Made by a program: the position numbers and the translations under genes
In this document: piece by piece, positions 28,564 to 36,353 of the stretch
Numbering within the stretch: position 1 is the first letter of the stretch
How the letters are laid out: the number at the start of each line of letters is the position of its first letter
Assembly (NCBI GenBank): GCA_963796055.1
Contig: CAWCKH010000003.1
Span: forward strand, 576,001-640,000
Direction of reading: 5' to 3'
Source of the DNA: an uncultured delta proteobacterium
Lineage (GTDB): Bacteria; Myxococcota; Myxococcia; Myxococcales; Myxococcaceae
Length of the DNA stretch: 64,000 nt
Notes under the pieces: generated by a model
What the model saw: the letters and a program-made list of their open reading frames with translations, nothing else
Told to the model about the DNA's origin: nothing
The model's database searches: none

Positions 28564-29050
28564 CGTCGGTCCTCGGTCGGAGCGGATGTCCGAGCTCGGC
28601 GCAGGTCTCGATCACCCGTTCCATCAACGCTGGCACCGCCTGCGCGACCCGTGGGGTCAGCCCCAGCCCGAGCGAGACCGCCTCGGGGACCACCCCGAGC
28701 AAGGTCAGCCTGGGAGGGAGCGTTCCACGAAGCTGCGCGGCGTCCATCAGATCGCCCACACCCACCTGGTGCACACTGAGCCGGTGGGCCGCGGCCCGCG
28801 CCACCTCCTCGCCCTCGATGCGCACCAGCGTGCCCGGCTCGCCGTCGGCCCGGATCGCGTCCACCAGGAGCACGTTCCGGTACGACTCGAGCAGGGGGAG
28901 CAACCAGAGCCCGAGCGTGCCACCCTCCATCATCTTCACGCCGGGCCCCGGGCTCCAATCTTCCAGGAGCCTGGTGACCGCCACCACCCCCACCCCGTCG
29001 TCCTGACAGAGCGGGTTCCCCAGACCCAGCACCAGCAGCGGATCAAGCAC
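28496..29050 (-). CDS. hyaD: Hydrogenase maturation endopeptidase (HyaD/HybD family)
   Basis: LGLGNPLCQDDGVG, EGGTLG, VDAI, SVHQVG. Confidence 0.92.
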   Translation of the reverse strand: MLDPLLVLGLGNPLCQDDGVGVVAVTRLLEDWSPGPGVKMMEGGTLGLWLLPLLESYRNVLLVDAIRADGEPGTLVRIEGEEVARAAAHRLSVHQVGVGDLMDAAQLRGTLPPRLTLLGVVPEAVSLGLGLTPRVAQAVPALMERVIETCAELGHPLRPRTDDETLVGADDGLRRVLGMPVEVR

Positions 29051-29813
29051 GCCGCTTCCCCTGGTGCTCCCCCGCCTCGTCCGCCAGCTCCTTCTCCACG
29101 TCCGCGCGGTGCACGAACTTGTAACCGGAGAAGATCGAGTCCACCTCTCCGTTCTCCTCCAGCGCCGAGGTGAGCGCATTGGCGTAGACGTGCAGGGTGA
29201 CGAAGAGGATCAGCACCCACATCACCAAGTGGTGGATGAACCGTGCCGTCTGGAGGCCTCCGTAGATGGGGATCAGGAACTGGAAGCTCTTCATGTACGC
29301 GCCCGGGAGCGCGCTGCCTGCGTAGAGCGCCAGGCCCGAGGTGATCATCACCAGATACAGCAGGAAGACACCCGCGTAGGAGAGGCCCGCCAGCGGGTTG
29401 TGACCGATGACGTCCGGCGGCCGGGCACGAAAGAAGGAGTAGAACTTGATGGCATTGAGCAGCTCGCGCCGCCGGTGTCGCTGCCAGGGGATGAACTGGG
29501 GCCACCGCGCGTAGCGCACCGGCGAGGCGAAGAACCAGATCAGCCGCACCACCACCGCCAGGGTGAAGAAGATGGCGCTGTAGAAGTGCACCACCCGCAC
29601 CCAGCCCATCAGGAAGTGCGGGCCGGGCGTCGTGCCGGGAAAGCCGAAGGGATGGGCGATGTAGAGGCCGGTGGCGATGAGGATGGCCATCGCCAGCGCG
29701 ATGACCCAGTGCGTGTTCCGCACCACCAGGTCCCAGACGTACACCCGGATACGCGTGCCCTTGACCCCCAGACGCGGGATCTCCTCCGGCGGATGGGCGG
29801 CCATCGCTCTCAT
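29043..29813 (-). CDS. hyaC: [NiFe]-hydrogenase b-type cytochrome subunit
   Basis: YVWDLVVRNTHW, VHF, GHNPLA, IHHL..LHVY, SIFSGYK. Confidence 0.93.
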   Translation of the reverse strand: MRAMAAHPPEEIPRLGVKGTRIRVYVWDLVVRNTHWVIALAMAILIATGLYIAHPFGFPGTTPGPHFLMGWVRVVHFYSAIFFTLAVVVRLIWFFASPVRYARWPQFIPWQRHRRRELLNAIKFYSFFRARPPDVIGHNPLAGLSYAGVFLLYLVMITSGLALYAGSALPGAYMKSFQFLIPIYGGLQTARFIHHLVMWVLILFVTLHVYANALTSALEENGEVDSIFSGYKFVHRADVEKELADEAGEHQGKRRA

Positions 29814-31507
29814 GGGGTCCTCACTCGCGCCAGCTCCCTCCGTTCCACGTCCACCACGTGGACTCCGCAGGCCATGCAGGGGTCGAAGGAGTGGACGGTG
29901 CGGAGGATCTCCAGCGGCTGCTTCGGATCCGCGACCGGCGTCTTCAGCAGCGCGGCCTCGTAAGGCCCGCGCTTCTCCGCCCCGTCGCGCGGTCCGGCGT
30001 TCCAGGTGCTGGGGACGATGCACTGGTAGTTGGCGATGACCCCGTCCTTGATGTGCACCCAGTGGCCGAGCGCGCCGCGGGGCGCCTCGTGGAACCCGGC
30101 GCCGAAGGCCTCCTTCGGCCAGGACGAGGGGTCCCACTTCCCGGTGTCGTGGATCCGGAGGTCACCCTTCTCCATGTTCGCCGCCAGGCCGTCAACCCAG
30201 GTGTCGATCTTCTCGGTCAGGAGCACCGTCTCCACGCAGCGGGCGGCGATGCGCCCCAGCGTCGAGAAGAGGGCCTCCGGGCCGACGCCCAGCGACTTCA
30301 GCACCGTGCCCACCAGCTCCTGGACTCGCTTGTGGCCGGAGCCATAGGCGACCAGCATCCGGGAGAGCGGACCGACCTCCATCGGCTCGCCGCCGTAGCG
30401 GGGCGACTTCAGCCAGCTGTACTTGGCCGCCGTCTCCAGCCGCTCGTACGGAGGCTTGGGCCCGGTGTACTTGGGCCGGGTCTCGCCATCACGGGGATGA
30501 AGCGGCTGCGCGCTGTCCTCGTACCAGCTGTGCTTCACCGACTCGGTGATCTTGCTCGCGTCGAGCGGCTCGACCTTGCCCAGGTTCTTGTTGCGGATGA
30601 TGCCGGAGGGCAGGAAGAGCGTCGGCTTGTCGTCGTCACTCTCCGGGTACTCGCCGTACACCATGTAGTTGCCGACTCCGCCGCCGACCGCCGCCCAGTC
30701 CTTGTAGAAGCTGGCCACCGCGAGCACGTCCGGCAGGTAGACCTTGCTGACGAACTCCTTGGCCCTGGCGGTCAGCTCCTTCATCCGCGCAACCGACCCC
30801 ATGTTGATCGACGCCTGCTTGTCGGGATCCACCGGCGTGGCCATGCCGCCCACCAGGAACGACTGGAGGTGGGGGTTCTTGCCGCCGAGGATGGCGTGCA
30901 TCTTGATGAAGTCTCGCTGCCAGTCGAGCGCCTCGAGGTAGTGGGCCACCGCCATGAGGTTCGCCTCCGGGGGCAGCTTGTACGCGGGGTGTCCCCAGTA
31001 GGCGTTGGCGAAGGGGCCGAGCTGGCCGCGGTCCACGAAGTCCTTGAGCCGGTTCTTGATCCCGGCGAAGTACTTGGTGCTCGACAGCGGCCAGTCGGAG
31101 ATGGACTGGGTCAGTGCCGAGGTCTTCTCCGGATCCGCCTTGAGCGCCGAGACCACGTCCACCCAGTCCAGCGCGTGCAGATGGTAGAAGTGGATGACGT
31201 GGTCCTGGATGCACTGCGAGGCCATGATCAAATTTCGCAGCACCCGTGCATTGGGCGGAGGCTTGGCCCCGATCGCGTTCTCCACCGCTCGGATCGAAGC
31301 GATGGCGTGCACCGTGGTGCACACCCCGCAGATGCGCTGGGTGAACGCCCAGGCGTCGCGTGGGTCACGACCCTTGAGGATGAGCTCGATGCCGCGAAAC
31401 ATCGTGCTCGACGACCAGGCGTCTTGCACCTGGCCGCCATCGACCTCTGCCTCGATCCTGAGATGTCCCTCGATCCGGGTGACCGGATCCACCACCACGT
31501 GACTCAT
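29810..31507 (-). CDS. hyaB: Group 1 [NiFe]-hydrogenase large subunit
   Basis: DPVTRIEGH, L1 FTQRICGVCTTVH, L2 SFDPCMACGVH plus cleavable C-terminal tail. Confidence 0.97.
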   Translation of the reverse strand: MSHVVVDPVTRIEGHLRIEAEVDGGQVQDAWSSSTMFRGIELILKGRDPRDAWAFTQRICGVCTTVHAIASIRAVENAIGAKPPPNARVLRNLIMASQCIQDHVIHFYHLHALDWVDVVSALKADPEKTSALTQSISDWPLSSTKYFAGIKNRLKDFVDRGQLGPFANAYWGHPAYKLPPEANLMAVAHYLEALDWQRDFIKMHAILGGKNPHLQSFLVGGMATPVDPDKQASINMGSVARMKELTARAKEFVSKVYLPDVLAVASFYKDWAAVGGGVGNYMVYGEYPESDDDKPTLFLPSGIIRNKNLGKVEPLDASKITESVKHSWYEDSAQPLHPRDGETRPKYTGPKPPYERLETAAKYSWLKSPRYGGEPMEVGPLSRMLVAYGSGHKRVQELVGTVLKSLGVGPEALFSTLGRIAARCVETVLLTEKIDTWVDGLAANMEKGDLRIHDTGKWDPSSWPKEAFGAGFHEAPRGALGHWVHIKDGVIANYQCIVPSTWNAGPRDGAEKRGPYEAALLKTPVADPKQPLEILRTVHSFDPCMACGVHVVDVERRELARVRTP

Positions 31508-32640
31508 GACGCGCCCCCTGCCTTGCCGGCCGGGGCGTTGTCACCGGGAGGACCGGCACCGTTTTCCTTCTTCTTCCCGGCGTTCTGGATGCCCTTGATC
31601 ACGCCGTGCCCGACGTACGCCGCCGCGGTGCCCACGGTGAGCCAGGCGCCGACCGTGTCCACGCTGGACCCGGCGCCGAATCCGGCCACGGCGGGCAGGT
31701 GCTTGTAGAACGGCGTCATCTTGTCCCAGAAGTCCGGCTCGGCGCAGCCGATGCACGGGTGGCCGCAGCCGATGGGCCAGTTGGTGCCCTCGTTCCAGCG
31801 GACGGTGGGGCAGTTCTGGTAGGTCACCGGCCCCTTGCAGCCCATCTTGTAGAGACAGGCCCCCGAGCGGTGCGCGTCGTCTCCCCAGAGCTCCACGTAC
31901 TGCCCGGCGTCGAAGTGCGCCCGGCGCTCGCAGTTGTCGTGGATGGTCTTGCCGTAGGCGAACAGCGGCCGGCGGAAGCCGTCGAGCGGCGGCCAGCGCT
32001 TGTAGGTCAGGTAGTAGGTGAGGAGCGCCGTCAGGTTCGCGGCGTTCATCGGGCAGGCCGAGAGGTTGATCAGGTTCTTCACCCCGGGGACCGCGTCGGC
32101 GACCCCCAGCGCGCCGGTGGGGTTCGGTGACGCGGCCGGGAGCCCGCCGTAGGTGGCGCAGGTCCCGGCGGCGATGGTGGCCGCCGCCTTGCCGCAGACC
32201 TCCCGGGCGATGTCCAGCGCCGAGCGCCCGCCGATGGTGCAGTACGCGCCGTCCGCGCCGGTGGGGATGCTCCCCTCCACCACCGCGATGAACTGACCGG
32301 CGTTGTCCTTCACCACGCCCTTCAGCGCCTCCTCGGCCTGGAAACCCGCCGCGGCCATGATCGTCTCGTGGTAGTCCACGCTGAGGAGGTCGAGGACGAT
32401 CTCCGCCACCGTCGGCGCGCTCGAGCGCAGGAACGACTCGGTGTTGCCGGCACAATCCTGGAACTCGAGCCACACCAGGATGGGCTTCTTGGCCTTGGTG
32501 AGCGCGTTGGCGATCTGCGTCGCCGCGGAGGCAGGTAGACCGAACGTGCCCGCGACCCCGGCGCAGAACAAGAGCAACTCCCGGCGACTGACTCCGCGGC
32601 GCCGGAGCTCTCGGGCCAGCCAGCCTTCGCGACTCCTCAT
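31504..32640 (-). CDS. hyaA: Group 1 [NiFe]-hydrogenase small subunit (Tat-exported, C-terminal anchor)
   Basis: RBS GGAGG; SRRELL Tat-like signal; QDCAGNTES, GTCATYGG, HDNCERR, CLYKMGCKGP, GHPCIGC. Confidence 0.95.
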   Translation of the reverse strand: MRSREGWLARELRRRGVSRRELLLFCAGVAGTFGLPASAATQIANALTKAKKPILVWLEFQDCAGNTESFLRSSAPTVAEIVLDLLSVDYHETIMAAAGFQAEEALKGVVKDNAGQFIAVVEGSIPTGADGAYCTIGGRSALDIAREVCGKAAATIAAGTCATYGGLPAASPNPTGALGVADAVPGVKNLINLSACPMNAANLTALLTYYLTYKRWPPLDGFRRPLFAYGKTIHDNCERRAHFDAGQYVELWGDDAHRSGACLYKMGCKGPVTYQNCPTVRWNEGTNWPIGCGHPCIGCAEPDFWDKMTPFYKHLPAVAGFGAGSSVDTVGAWLTVGTAAAYVGHGVIKGIQNAGKKKENGAGPPGDNAPAGKAGGAS

Positions 32641-32710
32641 GACAACCTCCGTCTCGGGCGTACGGCCAGCGCTCATCTCGAAGGCTCGACGCCGCGGCGC
32701 CCGGGGGGCG

Positions 32711-32726
32711 TGCAAGAGGCAAGCCT
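32711..32726 (-). promoter_or_regulatory. Candidate sigma54 -24/-12 promoter for hydrogenase structural genes
   Basis: Minus strand AGGCTTGCCTCTTGCA = GG-N10-GC with TTGCA, about 70 nt before the ATG. Confidence 0.5.
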
Positions 32727-33019
32727 CGGCGGCCTCCGAGTACAGACGCCCGGCAGCGGGGCAGGACCTGCGTAGGTCTTCCGGAGTGGACGCAACCCTT
32801 GCGTTCCGAACGATGCGCCCGTGCCGGACCTTCCCATCAGTTCCGATGATGTCGCGCCGCGCCGGTCCCGCGCGCACCGACGGACCGGTCCAGGGACCGC
32901 TTCGGTTGGCGTACGATGCCGCGCTCGTGCGCCGTCCCCGTGACGTGGGTGTCCGCTCGACGCCGAGCAGGAACCTCTCCGGACCGAGACCCGTCGCCGT
33001 TGCCGGGCGGGGCGCGCGG

Positions 33020-33865
33020 TCACTCCGCTCCGGGAAAGCGCGGAGGCCGCCGGGCGAAGAAGGCGTCGATGCCCTCGGTGAACTCCGGCGAGTCCGCGCT
33101 CCGGATGAGCGCCTCCAGCTCCCGGTCGAGGTGCACGTCCAGCCGGTCCACTCCCAGGGCGTCGTTGAACAGCTGCTTGGCGGCGGCGAACGCTCCGGCG
33201 GGACCCGCAGCGACGCGCCGGGCCACGACCTCCACCTCGGTGTCGAACGCCGCGACGGGAAAGACGCCGTTCACCAGCCCCGCGCTCCTGGCCGCTGCCG
33301 CATCGAGCCGCGGGTTCAAGAGCACCATCTCTGCGGCGAAGCGCAGCCCCACCAGCCGGGGGACGAAGAAGGTCGAGCTCTCCGCGCCGCTCAGGCCGGT
33401 CTTGGCGTAGGCCCACTCGAAGGTGGCCCGCTCGGAGGCGAGGACCAGGTCGCAGGACATGGCCAACCCGAGCCCTCCCGCCGCGCAGGCGCCGTCCACC
33501 GCGGCGATGAACGGCTTCGGCGCGCGGCGGATCTCCGAGATGGTGGAGTGGAGGTACTCGAGGATCTGCTTGAAGATCTCCCCCGGGCCGAGCGGGACGG
33601 CCCGCGCGCCAGGCGTCAGGTAGGCCAGCTCGGCCGGGTCGCCGCCGGCGCGGATGTACTTGAGGTCCGCCCCGCTGCAGAAGATGCCGGGCGCCCCGCG
33701 CAGCACCACCACCCGGACCGCGGGGTCCCGCGCCAGCTGGAGGCCGGCCTTCCGGAGGTCACGCGCGGTCGAGACGTCGAGCGAGTTGAAGCGCTGCGGC
33801 CGGTCGATGGTGAGGGTTCCGACGCCACGGTCGACGGCGGTCCGGATGTGAGTCGGCGCGGCCAC
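33020..33865 (-). CDS. Crotonase-fold (enoyl-CoA hydratase/isomerase family) protein, last gene of the hyp operon
   Basis: FCSGADL, PKPFIAAVDGACAAGG, PRLVG, AFFARRPPRF; starts 6 nt after the hypE stop. Confidence 0.9.
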   Translation of the reverse strand: MAAPTHIRTAVDRGVGTLTIDRPQRFNSLDVSTARDLRKAGLQLARDPAVRVVVLRGAPGIFCSGADLKYIRAGGDPAELAYLTPGARAVPLGPGEIFKQILEYLHSTISEIRRAPKPFIAAVDGACAAGGLGLAMSCDLVLASERATFEWAYAKTGLSGAESSTFFVPRLVGLRFAAEMVLLNPRLDAAAARSAGLVNGVFPVAAFDTEVEVVARRVAAGPAGAFAAAKQLFNDALGVDRLDVHLDRELEALIRSADSPEFTEGIDAFFARRPPRFPGAE

Positions 33866-33871
33866 GGGCCC

Positions 33872-34906
33872 TCAGCAGATCCGCGGCATCGGCTCGCCCT
33901 CGGGCTCGGCGAGGAGCCGCCGTCCGAGGCCGGTGTCGAGCACGATGCGCCCCTTCTGCTCGGCGATGCAGGTGCCCACCACCGCGGCGCGCCGGCCCAG
34001 GGGGTGCCGGTCCAGGGCGGCCATCACCCGGTCCAGCGCCTCGGGGCGAACGCCGATCACCGCCTTGCCCTCGTTGGCCACGTGCAGCGGGTCGATGCCG
34101 AGGATCTCCGAGGCGGCGCGCACCTCGTCGGAGAGCGGCACCGCCTGCTCCTCGAGGAGGATGCCCACCCCGCTCTTCTCCGCCATCTCGTGGAGGGCGC
34201 TGGAGAGCCCTCCGCGCGTCGGGTCCTTCATCGCCACCACGCCGTCGCCGGCGGCCCGGAGCACCTCCCGGACCAGCCCGTTGAGCGGGGCGACATCGGA
34301 TTTCAGATTCCCCTGGAGCTCCAGCTTCTGCCGCGCGGCCAGCACCGCGAAGCCATGGTCCCCCATGGTGCCGGTCACCACGATGCGGTCTCCGGGGCGG
34401 AGCCCGTTGTCGCGCACCAGCCGGTCGGTGAGGGCCACGCCGGTGGTGTTGAGGACCAGGCCGTCCAGCTCGCCCCGGCCCATCACCTTGGTGTCGCCGG
34501 TGACGACCGGCGCCCCGGCCTCGCGGGAGGTGTCCCGCATCGAGGCATGGATGCGCTCCAGCTCGGCGATGGGAAAGCCGTCCTCGATCACCACCGCGCA
34601 GGTGAGCCCCAGGACCTCGGTGGCCCCCATCATCGACAGGTCGTTCACCGTTCCAGAGATGGACAGCCGTCCCACGTCCCCGCCGGGGAAGAAGCGCGGG
34701 GCGACGATGTGCGAGTCGGTGGTGAGCACCAGCCAGCCGTCCTTGAGCGGGAAGGCGGCGCCGTCGTCCATCTCCGCCAGGCCCACCGAGCCGGGAGGCT
34801 GCTCGGCCCCCTCGGCGAACAGCTGCTCGATGAGCGCGCGCATCGCCCGGCCGCCGGCGCCGTGCTTGAGGCTCACCGTCGTCCCCAGCGGAAGGGTCGG
34901 TCTCAC
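33872..34906 (-). CDS. hypE: Hydrogenase maturation protein HypE
   Basis: HGAGG, TTDSH, GTVNDL, GDTKV, DPTRGG, ANEGK, C-terminal PRIC. Confidence 0.96.
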   Translation of the reverse strand: MRPTLPLGTTVSLKHGAGGRAMRALIEQLFAEGAEQPPGSVGLAEMDDGAAFPLKDGWLVLTTDSHIVAPRFFPGGDVGRLSISGTVNDLSMMGATEVLGLTCAVVIEDGFPIAELERIHASMRDTSREAGAPVVTGDTKVMGRGELDGLVLNTTGVALTDRLVRDNGLRPGDRIVVTGTMGDHGFAVLAARQKLELQGNLKSDVAPLNGLVREVLRAAGDGVVAMKDPTRGGLSSALHEMAEKSGVGILLEEQAVPLSDEVRAASEILGIDPLHVANEGKAVIGVRPEALDRVMAALDRHPLGRRAAVVGTCIAEQKGRIVLDTGLGRRLLAEPEGEPMPRIC

Positions 34907-36057
34907 GGCGCGCCTCCCACGGCCACCTGGCGGAGCTGCGGATGTCCGCCGTACTGGTGCCAGATGCGGCAGGTGCCCTCGCTGGACACCATGCAGGCGC
35001 CCACCGGCGTCTCCGGCTGGCACTCCTTGCCGAACAGCGGGCAGGCGGTGGGCGACTGCAGGCCGGACATGATCTCGCCGCAGATGCAGCGCTGGACCAG
35101 CGCCGGCGGGGCGAAGTCCCACAGCGCCTTGACGTCGATCTCGAAGCGGCGCCTGGCGTCGAGGTGCGCCCAGGAATCTTGAAGCCGGAGGTTGCCGTTG
35201 GGCACGTGGGCGATGCCCCGCCAGCGCCCGCCCAGGGGACGGAACACCTTCCACAGCTGCTCCTGCGCCGCGACGTTCCCCTCCCGCGTCACGCAGCGGG
35301 GGTAGAGGTTCTCCACCGTCGGGGTGCCGTCGCGGATCAGCTCCACCAGCCGCAGCAGGCCGGCGAGGATGTCCAGCGGCTCGAACCCCGCCACCACCAC
35401 CGGCAGCCGGTGCCGCTCGACGAACGGCTCGAACACCCCGGACCCGGTGATGGTCGCTGCGTGACCCGCGGCGAGGAACCCCTCCACCCGGCTGCCGGGC
35501 ATCTCGGCGACGATCTCCATCACCGGCGGGATGTACTTGTGGGCCGAGAGGACCGAAAAGTTCCTCGGTGGCCCGCGGAGGATCTCCGCCGCGGTGGCCA
35601 CGGCGGTGGTCTCGAACCCGGTGGCGAAGAACACCACCTCCTCCTCGGTCTGCCGGGCGAGCTCCACCGCCTGCGAGACCCCGTAGACGATGTCCACCTT
35701 CGCCCCGGCCGCCCGGGCATCGGCCAGCGAGCCCGCCGAGCCGGGCACCCGGAGCATGTCCCCGTAGGTGGCCACCCGCACGCCCTGGCGCGCCAGGGCC
35801 ACCCCCTCGTCCACCTCGGGCACGTCGGTGATGCACACCGGGCACCCGGGGCCCATGATCACGTCCAGCGCGGGCGGGAACGCCGCGCGCAGACCGAACC
35901 GGGCGATGGCCTGCTCGTGGCTGCCGCACACGTGCATCACCGAGACCGGCTCGCGGCCGATCTCCCGGGTCACCTTCTCGATGGCGGCCCCGAGCGCCCG
36001 GGCGGCCATGGGGTCGCGGAACTTGAGCTGGGCGGCGTCGGCGGCCGGGGTGCTCAC
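34903..36057 (-). CDS. hypD: Hydrogenase maturation protein HypD
   Basis: VCGSHE, GPGCPVC, GFETT, PVGACMVSSEGTC. Confidence 0.96.
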   Translation of the reverse strand: MSTPAADAAQLKFRDPMAARALGAAIEKVTREIGREPVSVMHVCGSHEQAIARFGLRAAFPPALDVIMGPGCPVCITDVPEVDEGVALARQGVRVATYGDMLRVPGSAGSLADARAAGAKVDIVYGVSQAVELARQTEEEVVFFATGFETTAVATAAEILRGPPRNFSVLSAHKYIPPVMEIVAEMPGSRVEGFLAAGHAATITGSGVFEPFVERHRLPVVVAGFEPLDILAGLLRLVELIRDGTPTVENLYPRCVTREGNVAAQEQLWKVFRPLGGRWRGIAHVPNGNLRLQDSWAHLDARRRFEIDVKALWDFAPPALVQRCICGEIMSGLQSPTACPLFGKECQPETPVGACMVSSEGTCRIWHQYGGHPQLRQVAVGGAP

Positions 36058-36341
36058 GGCTTGCTCCGGTGGGCCGCGTCCAGCTCACCCCGGACGTCGG
36101 CGGCCATGAGGTCGCCGGGAGCCTCCTTCGCCAGGAGCTCGGAGTAGAGGGCCAGGGTGTCCTCGGCCTCGCTGGCCGGGATGCGGCGGATGGCGAACCC
36201 CACGTGGTTCAGCACGTAGTCGCCGGGAGCCACTGGCGCGTCCACCACGTCGAGCCGGACCTGCTTCCGCAGGCCCCAGAAGTCCACCGTGGCGACGAGC
36301 CCATCGACCTCCACCACCCGACCTGGCACTCCGAGGCACAT
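36054..36341 (-). CDS. hypC: Hydrogenase chaperone HypC
   Basis: MCLGVP, GDYVLNHVGFAI. Confidence 0.95.
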   Translation of the reverse strand: MCLGVPGRVVEVDGLVATVDFWGLRKQVRLDVVDAPVAPGDYVLNHVGFAIRRIPASEAEDTLALYSELLAKEAPGDLMAADVRGELDAAHRSKP

Positions 36342-36353
36342 TGACGTCTCCTG

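Noticed and set aside
33020..33865. Phenylacetate pathway PaaG or beta-oxidation hydratase
   Set aside because: Catalytic Asp/Glu residues are missing and no paa or fad genes are nearby
33872..36088. Apparent 738-aa extended HypE, and similar extensions of ureF, urtE, subunit D and oxidase subunit I
   Set aside because: Upstream parts are off-frame readings of the preceding genes; real starts lie at ATGA/GTGA overlaps or RBS sites
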